In this document: piece by piece, positions 14,719 through 24,670 of the stretch
Position numbering within the stretch: the stretch's first letter is position 1
Layout of the letters: each line of letters starts with the position of its first letter
NCBI GenBank assembly: GCA_008632985.1
Contig: QPGO01000045.1
Coordinates: forward strand, 310,001-374,000
From: Psammoneis japonica
Taxonomy: Eukaryota
Direction: 5' to 3'
Length of the DNA stretch: 64,000 bases
The notes under the pieces: model-generated
Databases searched by the model: none
Told to the model about the DNA's origin: nothing
The model's input: only the letters and a program-made list of their open reading frames with translations
Program-made: the position numbers and the translations under genes

Positions 14719-15535
14719 TGTCGCATGTGTGTTGCCGCCACAGCGACACTCTCTGTCAGTGAATCATTCCGCAGCACCATGCAAGAGCCAATGAGATGAC
14801 CACACAAACCCAATGACAAACACAATCACCCGCCCCAAAACTGTGGCTGCAAAGTGCGCGCAGGTTGCAACAAGCATTTGACTCGAGCAGCAGTCTTGTC
14901 TCCTGCGTGAAACGTTGGCTTGGCGCGGATGCGAAGTGACAGCAGCTTGCTTGCCACTTTGCTCTTGTCTTCTTTTTGATTCTTTCCCCTTCCAACCCAA
15001 GTGAGAACTGTGACAACAGATTGCTCCGCCGGATCCTTTTGCATGCTCGCCGCGAACCACGCACTTTTTCCATGCGGCGTGTCCACCCACTTGTTTTTGT
15101 TGTTGATTTCTCACACAGAAACAATTGACGCTGACAATCAATCACAGAAACAACTGCTCCTCATGCACACAGCAGAAGGACCACACCAAGTGGAGTGTTG
15201 ACGACTTGCTCATCACTTCGTTTGGCTGCAGAGTGGAAGATGAAGAATTTCGAAATTCTGGCACATTTTTGCCCAAAGTGCACACAGGAATCAGTGACAA
15301 TTTTGAAAGCACTGAGTTCCCGCCAATCTTCTACGTGCAAATCATGGCATTGATTCTACAAAGACACACAAAAATGACAGTGATTGAGAAATTTAGCAAC
15401 AGTCATGACACAAACAAAATCTCTCGGACAGCTTTTCTTTCGTGCTCGATTTCCATCACAACTCATTCGTCTCGCATGTTGTGTTGTTGTTGTTTGCCAA
15501 GCCAGAATGCCACAATCTCCAAGGATGGCTTGACG

Positions 15536-15916
15536 CGTTCCAGGTCCAGGTGGGACCTCGTGCTGCTGAACTGTGACATCGGCAGTTTTTTGAATCTCGT
15601 CGCATGTCGCACACATGGAATTCTACATGTTTTTTTGACATTTTGTGTCATTCTGCGGTGCACTTGTTGAGCAATCTGTCCAAAAACTTTTGACATTTTT
15701 TGTTGCAGCGCGATTCTGTGATGTTTTGAGAGTCACACAGGGCAGGTGCATTTGCAAAAACGTCAAGTGGCAAGAGGCACAATTGCACCACAAACTTGGT
15801 CGTTCATTTGATGTTGAAGACAAACACATCCATTGATTAAATTCTCACACTGCGGAGCTCGCACGCAGAATTCTGCGGGCCCAATGTCACACGGAGTCCC
15901 ACCCGGGGCTGGAATG
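15536..15916. mobile_element. Probable non-autonomous TIR element
   Basis: Imperfect TIRs CGTTCCAGGTCCAGGTGGGACCTCGTG and CACGGAGTCCCACCCGGGGCTGGAATG. The left ~90 bp is homologous to 1616-1720. Confidence 0.55.
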
Positions 15917-17099
15917 CATTGCTCGTGCTTCCTCTGGATTGAGAGCTTGCTCTTGCTTGGCACTCCACAACTCACTTTGCTTGATGGAGTGTTGTCTCTC
16001 TTTTCAACTCGTTGTCTTGCACGTTGTGCTGTTGTTTGCCAAGCTTGAATGCTGCAATCACCAAGGATGGCTCGCCCTTCCTCTGGATTGAGAGCTTGCT
16101 CTCGTTTGGTGCTCCACAACTCCTTTTGCTTGACGGCGCATTGTCTCCAATTGGCAGTGCAGGTGTTGCCAGCTGAGTCCAGAGGTCGGGGCAAATCGAG
16201 CGCGTCTCTCCGGCCTTGAGTCCATGTCACTCTTGTGTCTTTGAGCGCAGGAAGTTGTCCGTTCACTTGGTCAGTCAAGCCCACAGCTGTTGAAACAGAC
16301 AGCAAGTGTTCGTCTGCAAAGCAGCAAGAGCTTGCCAAGCAGAACACCATTGATGGAACACTGAATTGGGGTTTTGCCACACCGGCGACACAGCAGCACG
16401 GCAAGCCTTCACTCGCAGGGAGCAAATGGCTTGGCAAGCGGTTGACTTGCAAGTTTTCTTGTTGCCCCCACATTGCGTCCCCCCTTTTTTCTTTTTTTGG
16501 GGTGACATTTCACTCTGACGATGCAAAAAAGCTTGAGCACCATCTTTTGATGGCGCTCTTGAGGCATCATTGCCCTGCGTGGCCGATTTCCATGTCAACT
16601 TTTGACAATGGTGTGTTTCAAAATTTTGAAACACATTGCGAAACTTTTTCAACAGGAGCAGAAAGACCAGCGGTGCAATGCAGCGATCTTTGGTTGCGTG
16701 TGAGTCATTCCGCATGTGTGCCAATGGACTGCGATGACGGTTGCAGCATGTTCTCGGCCCTCACGCTCCATTGTTGTGACAAAACAAAAATGCAAGGATT
16801 GTGGCGCACTGGAGGTTTTTGTCACGAATCGCGCTTGCGCACCTTGTTGGATGAGGTGTCACAAGAACGCTTTGTTTGGACAGAGTCTGTCACACTGAAG
16901 CAATTTGTCCGAAAAATGGACAGGTGCGCTGTCCTCGATTAGATGGAGTGGTTGACCATTCACAGCAAAACAACGATGCAACCTAGAAATTGCTCGCATG
17001 TGTCTGAAGCCTTCATTCTGCCAAGCATGCAGGGCCCTGGAGATGCCAGTCAGGAATCTTAACTTGCAAGCGCGTGTGCTCCACTGCCCCGTCCCATTT

Positions 17100-18690
17100 G
17101 GACTCTTGTGGTTTGTCCACCCACCCAATGGACCGGTCAATTGCCTTGCCCCACGAATGCTTGAGCTCCGTTTGAGTGTCTTCCGACATGTCAGGAGAAA
17201 AGGTGCAGTCGTCTTCCCAAAGTTTCTTGATGTTGTCCAACGAGTCCCAGACACCCGCTGACAAACCCACAGCGCAGGCGGCTCCGGCAGCGGCAGTCTC
17301 GAGACTGCTTGGGCGAAGGACCCTGGCTCCCAAGATGTTGGCCAAGAATTGTGCAAATTCAGAGTTGGCAGCCATGCTGCCATCTGCACGAAGTTCTGAA
17401 ACAGGAACTCCCGAGTCAGCGGCCATGGCGTCAAACACCTCGGAGCACTGAAATGCTGCCGCCTTGATTGCTGCTCTTGCAACATGTGCCTTGGCATGAC
17501 AGGCGGTGAGTCCAGCAACAACTCCACGTGCACTCTCCTCCCAGTGTGGAGCCAGCAAGCCAGCAAAGGCGGGGACAAACCGCACCCTGCCAGCGTCATC
17601 GACGGAAGATGCCAAATCTGCAACATCTTTGGCGCTGTCACCGAACTGCAAGTTGTTGCGGAGCCATTGAACAAGTGATCCTGCAATGGCAACAGCACCT
17701 TCAAGAGTGCAAACCGGTGCTTCTCCCTTGATTTGGCAAAAGTGGGTTGCCAGGAGTCCACACTCTGAAATTTGCAGTTCACCCTGCGCACCCATGTTCA
17801 TCGTGAGAAAGGCTCCAGTTCCGAACACAGCCTTGGCTTCTCCCACTTGAAAGCATGCTTGACCAAACATTGCAGCATGTTCGTCACCAAGAACAGCTCC
17901 AATGGGCACACCCTCCAACTCCGGACATGACACTGCAGTCCCAAAGTCACCGCCAACGGAAGGTTCAATGGCTGGCAGCATGGATCTGGGAATGTCAAAG
18001 GTGTCAAGAAGCCAGTCGTCCCAGTCAAGTGTCGTCAAGTTGCAAAGCAAAGTCCTTGACGCATTCGTCACATCTGCCCCGTGCTTTTCTCCACCCGCGA
18101 GCTTGCACAAGAGCCAAGAATCAATTGTTCCAAAGAGCGCTTGACCATCACGGGTCTTGCCCTCTGAGCCGTCTACATTGTCAAACATCCAACTCCATTT
18201 GGTTGCCGAAAAGTGGGCAGAAATGGGAAGCCCTGTTTTAGAAAGTAAAGCATCTTTTCCTCCCAGGGTCTTGCAGAAGTCAGCAACAAGTCCCGCGGTT
18301 CGTCCACAATGACAAACAAAAGCAGGACACAGTGGCTCTCCTGAATCCTTGTCCCACACGACAGTCGTCTCCCTCTGATTTGTGGTTCCAATGGATGCGA
18401 CTGAACTGCTCGTGATGTTTGCTTCAGTGAGTGCATCCAAAAGACACAGTGCAGAATTGTCCCAGATCTCGGAGGCGTCGTGTTCGACCCATCCGGACTG
18501 AGGATGACACTGTTTGTGCTTGCTCTGAGAAGAGGAGGCGGGCTTGCCAAACCTGTCATGCAGAATAAAACGCGTTGACAAAGTCTTTTGATCAAGGGAT
18601 CCAACGCATTGCTCTGACAAGCCAGCGGAAAAAGATCTCTGCCACTTTGAGCCAAATGCACCAAGACCCCTGCCACTGATGAGAGCACAA
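17100..18690 (-). pseudogene. GK: Glycerol kinase (FGGY family), full length but hypermutated
   Basis: Motifs GSLDQ, PQSGWVEHD, TNQRETTVVWD, FGTIDSWL, DVTNASRT, FGTGAF, LEGAVAIAGSLVQWLR and FVPAFAGLLAP.W are present. The 599-codon ORF 17013-18812 has no Tyr, and several conserved residues are altered. Confidence 0.93.
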
Positions 18691-18982
18691 GCAGCATGCT
18701 GATTCGACCCACAAGAAGTCGGGGCAACAAAAAGCATGTCAGCCAAGAAGAAGGCGGATTGCATGCTGGAGCCAGCATCATGTGCTTTTGTAAAAAAACT
18801 GTTGGGAACCACAAGGTTGACAGGCTTTGGCCTGTCTCTTGTGTGACAACATGGTGCAGCATTGCAGAAGTGTCATGAACAGCAGCAATGACACAACAAA
18901 TTAGTGTCACTTGCAACACAGCAACACAAACAACAATGAAAGCACCAAAGAATTGCTCCAATGGTTGCACCTCTGGACGCAG

Positions 18983-19600
18983 AGTCCTCGCCGCATTCGT
19001 CATGTCTGTCACGTGCTTTTCTCCACCCGCGAGCTTGTGCAAGAGCCAAGAACCAATTGTCCCAAAGAGTCCGTCCCGTGCCTTGCCCTCCAAGCCATGC
19101 ACATTGTCAAACATCCACCGCAATTTGGTTGCCAAAAAGTGGGTGGAAATGGGAAGCCCCACTTTAGAAAGTGAGGCATCTTTTCCTCCTGGGCTCTTGC
19201 AGCAGTCAGCAACAAGTCCGGCAGTTCATCCACAACTCCAAACAAAAGCAGGACACAGTGGCTCTCCTGAATCCTTGTCCCACACGACAGTCGTTTCCCT
19301 CTGAATGGCAACTCCAACTGATGTGACTGAAATGCTCGTGACATTTGTTTTGGCCAGTGCATCCGAAATGCACCGCGCAGAATTGTCCCAGATCTCAGAG
19401 GCGTCGTGTTCGACCCATCCCGACTGAGGACAATGCTGTTTGTGCTCGCTCTGAGAAGAGGAGACCGGCTTGCCAAACCTGTCATGCAGAGCGAAGCAAG
19501 TCGACAAGGCATCCTGATCAAGGGATCTGACACATTGCTCTGATGAGCCAGCGGAGAAAGATGTCTGCCATTTCAAGCCAAACGCACCAACACCCCAAAT
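18983..19600 (-). pseudogene. GK: Partial second copy of glycerol kinase (N-terminal part), frameshifted
   Basis: Paralogous to about 18050-18670 (SLDQ, PQSGWVEHD, QRETTVVWD, FGTIGSWL, DMTNAART) and split over two frames. Confidence 0.9.
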
Positions 19601-19621
19601 GCATGACATGAATCATGGGTG

Positions 19622-21400
19622 TCAACATGAAGAGCACCTGGAGGTGCAACATGAGCAAAGAAAAATCCAAGAGGACTCCAAACACTTGCTCTCCACATCT
19701 TTTGTTTTCCATGCCATGCATGCGAGGACAGCAAGGATGGCAACAAGAGTCAAGAGGGGAGTCGTTGTTCCCAGCATTTTCTCGTGGGTGTCGCACTGGC
19801 AAATCAACTCCCCTGTGAAGTCATCCATGTGATGGCGATCCCAGTCCAAACCACCCATGGCAGTCCACACTGACAGGAAGATGACAGTTGATGGCGCAAC
19901 TGCAATGGAGGGCCAAACAACATGCTTGCACTGTGCTTGGGTCCTTCGAAATTGAAGTGCCTTGTTGATGCGCCAGAGCCAGGCAGGCAAGAGATGAGAA
20001 AATGTCGCAAGATGTTTCAAACAGCACATCACGTCACACGCACACACTTCATCACACCTTTCCCCTGCAGTTTGTGATGTGCCCCATGACCAAAGCCAAG
20101 CCACTGCTGTGCAAGCCTTTCCCAAAGCTTCTCTGTCCCACCCATGGCTTTCGTCGTTCGACATCATCAGAATTGCCAGCGTCTGAAAAAAGCTTCCAAA
20201 AGCCAACAGATGCAAAAAAACGGGTTGCGATGCCACCACGACTGATGATTTCCGATGCAGAAGAACCCAGACAAAAGACGAAAATGTGACAAATTGAGCA
20301 ATTGCCATGAACATGAGGCCAAATGTTCTGACTCCTCTGTCAAGGCAGTTTTGTTCTGGAACATTGCGCAACAGTGCGGGGGGCTGTGGGGCGCCATTTG
20401 CGCATGCAAACGGGGCCACCTTGATCCAAGAACCAAAATGATCATCATTGCTTTCTCAACTTGAAACCATGGACAATGCGAATCTGAATTTCGCAGACGC
20501 AAATGCCAGTTAGAGATGGCCAAGCAGTGGCCAAACACAAACATTGTGGTTGTGCAGCATTCCCTCACCTGTCAGCATCATCATCTAGACTCGGAAGTGC
20601 ATTGAGTGCACCAACAGTCAAACTGTGAAGCGCCCGGCTGCCTGGAACACACAACTCATTTTCTCCAAAGATCACATGGCCGGTTGCTCCAGTGAAGTCG
20701 ACCAATCGCACACCATTGTTGTGTGATTTACCAGCAATCTCTTTGTTTTGTCACAAGCGGCATTTCCTGAGCACAAACCCGCACCAACAGACATTGCAGC
20801 ATCACGCACCAAACCAGAACCGGCCAAAGGATCGTGGGTCTTGAAATGATCTTTCCATGTGCAAAAACATCTTGGGGAACCTTTTGCAATTGGATTGAAT
20901 GAGTTAACTTGTGCAACAAAAGACCCACTTTGTGCCCTCCATGATTTCAGAAGTCCATCTTTTTCAGGATCAAAAGTGAGTCCATCCAAATCGCGAAACA
21001 CAACAGAACCACAAAGTGACTTTCTCATGTTGGCATTGCCAAGTGAAGCCTCATTCTCAAAGAAGTGAAGTGAGTTGGTGCCAACAAATGCCCACATGCA
21101 TTCACCATCATTCACACCCAGCTCATCTGCCACGCCAGCTGCAATTGGCAACTCAGTCTCTACAGAGCTGATGGCATGGACGATTGTTCCGAAGCCGTTC
21201 TGATGCAGCGTCTCCAAGCCACTTCTTGTTGATGAGGCAAGATCTCTCATCACGCTTTCGCGAATGTTGATGTCGCAGTGCTTTGAGGAATCTGGAATCT
21301 GCGTCGCAGTGGATGCAGTTTTCTTGGTGCAAGTTCTACAGACTTCTGCGCGATTTTGATTTTTTGGCTGTGATGGACAGACCACATGTTTTGGCGCAGA
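19622..21400 (-). pseudogene. Class C (GABA-B-like) GPCR: extracellular ligand-binding region plus 7TM, hypermutated
   Basis: ORF 19622-20419 has VVVASQPVFLHLLAFG, DESHGW...ACTAVAWLWSWG, WRINKALQFRR and LACMAWKTKDV, typical of 7tm_3-type receptors. The upstream ORF 20672-21574 looks like the extracellular domain. Confidence 0.75.
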
Positions 21401-21689
21401 AAAAGTTGCTCGTCTCTCACTGATTTTAGCATGTCTGAACTTTTTGCGTGCAGCTTTCATGAACAACAAACATGCCAGCTGCAGAGCTTCACTCTGTTTC
21501 TTTTCCCAACTGGAATTTGTTCCCCAACAAAAGTGTTCTGGCGCATCAAGTTTGGCATTGGGAGCAGTGTTCACAGCTTGAGCAGGTGGTTTCCGTCCTC
21601 GACCTCCCCTTTTTCAGGCTAAATGTCCTCCTCGTCTTCCTTGTCATCTTGTTGTTGCCACTCTTGTTCAACCGCTTGGGCCCCCTTTT

Positions 21690-21835
21690 GCCTTTCCTGC
21701 TTGTTGCACAAATGCGCCTTGACTTGCACTGAAGTTTTGGCACCAACCGACTTGGCAATGTTGTCTGGATCAATCTTTCCAACTTTCATGGCATCTTGGC
21801 ACTTTCCAACTTCCTCTTCTGTCCACGCCACCCCT
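21690..21835 (-). pseudogene. Myb/SANT-like domain fragment
   Basis: WTEEEVGKCQDAMK...IAKSVGAKTSVQVKAH. Confidence 0.6.
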
Positions 21836-22149
21836 GTCAACGCCTTTCCAGGGGAACCTGCAGCAGCCTGTGGCTTTGTGTTGCTTGCAGGATTCGAGGC
21901 ACCAATGTTGAGAAGGGGCGGCGGTGAGGCAATGTCCCTCTGAATTCTTCGACCGGTTCGCTGGTGGTGCAATTCCATGGCAGCACGAGCCAAGTGCTCC
22001 ATCATGGCAGAGCCCATCTCGACATTAGAAGGAGCAAGCTTTGCAAGCTCTTGCCCCAATTTGTTGGCGCCTTCTGCGTCTCCCTGTCCGTCTGGTGCAT
22101 CTGCACTTGGAGCAGGACCATCCTTTGCACTGACAAAGGCCAGAGTGCC

Positions 22150-23450
22150 AGCCAAACAGATTCATGGAGTTGACTTGTCTCCAGAAATGACTCGAAATGC
22201 TGGATGCACACATCCTCCTTCATTTGATTGGCTGAGTTCGGGTGAACAGAAACCACTCGCTTCCCATTGGGTGGAGTCAGGACCAAATCAGACTCACCGT
22301 CAAAAATTCCTTGTTCCGTTTTTAAGCCAGCCTTGCAGATGCAGTCAATGTCATGTCCTTTCTGCCACAAGACTCACTTTGTTGAGCAGGGCTTTCAGAA
22401 ATTGCAGCTGACACATGCTTTCCCCAACTGCCAGTCCTGGGAAATGCAGCCATTGTGACAGACTCTCCAGCCTCACAACCTTGTTGATGCAGCAACATGT
22501 GGCCACGTCAGACTCCTCCTGAGATGCCATGCAGTGTCACTCGTTTCGGACTCCAGTTTTAAATTCTTTTGGCATTTGGTCTCAGCAGTGCAACGCGTGC
22601 CAAACGCTCTTGACGTGACTGTCATGTGACTCGGGTGCCATTGCTTGTGGAGCCCCTCTCTCTTTGACCAAATCAAGAGATTCCTGTCACACAAATGTTG
22701 TCAATGCACTTGATCATTTGCACCCTGTTCAAGACATTCGACTTCGACCATGTCATGCCACCCGGAACCTTGCCATTTTCTCGACCAAGTTCCTTGTCTC
22801 ATTTGTCAAGCTTTTGATGTCTTTGATTTCTGCTCGGGCTTGTCTTCTCGAGATTCTGCATGAGCTTTGTAGAACTCCAACAAGGTCTTGTCGCACTCCT
22901 CATGCAGTCACACATTGGCCTCTCCTCTTGAAGTTCCAAGACATGTTTGGCAACACGAGCATGATGGTCCGACTGCTCCTTGCACAGTTGCTCCATTTTT
23001 TCATCCACGACATCCGCCACTTCCTCGATTGGATGGTCGGACACAATTCATTTTCTGATTTCTTTGAGCTTGAACCCGGGCATGTCCGACAATTCAAAAC
23101 GTTGAAGCTCCTCTTCTGCCGACCAAAGCTCATCCAAAATGGTCACCAATGCCTTTGACTCATCCATGTCATTTTCATTTGAACGGGCTGCAGCGCCTGC
23201 TGCAATGGTTCCAGGCTGGGTGGAATGGCGCAATGGGCACAAGACCACTCAGCCGTGCAGTGTTGGAGGGACGACAAGAATGCGGCGGCTTGTGAACATG
23301 AGCCCCCTTTCTTCATTGACAAGTTTGGCAACACTGGGGCACACCACAAGCTCCAACTGCCACAAAGAAAGCAAAACATTCTGCTTCCAGCAGAAGTGGT
23401 GGCGGCCAGCAAAAAGAAAGTGATTGCCAGCAAGGCGAGCACCACCATGG
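22150..23450 (-). pseudogene. Hypermutated inverted homologue of the 5' ATRX-like segment of the tandem unit
   Basis: About 22210-22630 is reverse-complement homologous to about 25160-25675 (GIFDGESD.VLTPPNGKR.VSVHP..ANQMKE). 23380-23450 matches 25085-25150. Confidence 0.85.
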
Positions 23451-24255
23451 CATGAAAAGGCAGCACACATCAGTGCGCACAAGCGAAGCAAACCTGGTCG
23501 AATTTGGCTTCAAGAAAACCCCAGCCGAGCCAAAAAGCAAGCAATGGCACCCAAAGACTGCAAAGAAAATGAACAGCCCTTTACGATTTTAAAGATTGCC
23601 ACGAGAAGTTGCACTAGCTAGAGACCACAAACAAAGATTGCACACCCAATCACCCCAGATTTTGATTGTTTTCTGCCCTCCATCAGTCTTGCACGATCGG
23701 TCGGATGGAGGGAGAATTTTTGATTTCGAACTGTTTGCTGTATTATTTTTTTTGTCCCCGAATATCATACTCTCGTCAGTACCGGGACAACATCGTACGC
23801 TTCTACGGAGTGGAACGGAATGTACCGGCATGTCTTGCTGTACTGTACAGTACCTTTTATCAGTAGGCAAATCTCGTGGAGACAGCACGTCCAACTTTTC
23901 AACATCCACCGCAGAAACCAGACAAACATCGCCCCGCGGCGCCGCTTATTCTCCGCAGTTTATTAGTGTGGGAATGAAGATGGGATTATTTTATGCCAAG
24001 GACATGCTCATTCAAATGGATGTAGACGAACCGTAAGCTGGTGTCATGGAAACAATCTCGCCTGTAGTCACGGCCCGAGTCATATCCATTTTTGCCATTG
24101 ATTTGAACTCGACAATGTCACCTTCCGTTGTCAGCACTTTCACGTGGCCTGCGTGGCCTGTGACATGCGTCACACAGGCGTCGAACAAGGCTGGAGTCGA
24201 TTCGGTGTTTTGAAAGTCTGACTACGGGCTCTCATTTACCTGAATTTATACACCA

Positions 24256-24670
24256 CGTTTTACTATGAGCAGTACCTTTTGTTCGGTACGGTCGCTCCGC
24301 TACGTCATTTATCCCATTCAAGTATTGGCCAAGAGTTGCAAGCCTGTACCCGTCATGATTATGGGAGCTCTCATGGGAAAGAAATATCCTCTCAAGAAAT
24401 ATATCAATGTCGTCATGATTGTAGGTGGTGTGGTGCTCTTTATGGGAGGGTGAGTGTGTATAGTGTGGAACAAACAACTACCTATCATCGTGATGTCGTT
24501 GTTGTTGTAGCTGTTTTCTAACACTACCTGCTCTCGTTCTCGTTGCAACCATGTATGTACAGTATTCTACAGTGGTGTTTCCAAGTCGAGTAAAAAAAAG
24601 CAGTGCCGACGAAGATGTCGGTGGTGCATCATCTCAAATGTTTGGTATTCTACTCTTGTTTATCAGTCTC
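24256..24670 (+). pseudogene. Internal fragment of a UAA-family nucleotide-sugar (UDP-galactose) transporter, SLC35B1-like
   Basis: [25 protein letters not shown], then an intron (gtgagt 24450 ... ctacag 24572), then GILLLFISL, after which homology appears to stop. No N- or C-terminus is visible. Confidence 0.8.

Larger units (their letters stand above)
7035..23575. other. TpA-depleted hypermutated domain 2 (mosaic of gene fragments and MITEs)
   Basis: About 16.5 kb with very few TA. ORF-track proteins are rich in C/H/W/Q, almost Tyr-free, and nearly all stop at TGA. Confidence 0.92.

Noticed and set aside
17013..18812. Alternative genetic code or horizontally acquired DNA explaining the lack of Tyr
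   Set aside because: TA is missing in non-coding sequence and all frames, and Tyr positions become either C or H inconsistently between paralogues.
7000..23500. Very many overlapping 60-300 aa ORFs rich in C/H/W/Q
   Set aside because: They are a by-product of TAA/TAG loss in TpA-depleted DNA and are open in several frames on both strands with no family motifs.
7035..23575. Classical RIP as the cause of CA/TG skew
   Set aside because: RIP depletes CpA and enriches TpA. Here the pattern is opposite, and unmutated copies show TA is ancestral.
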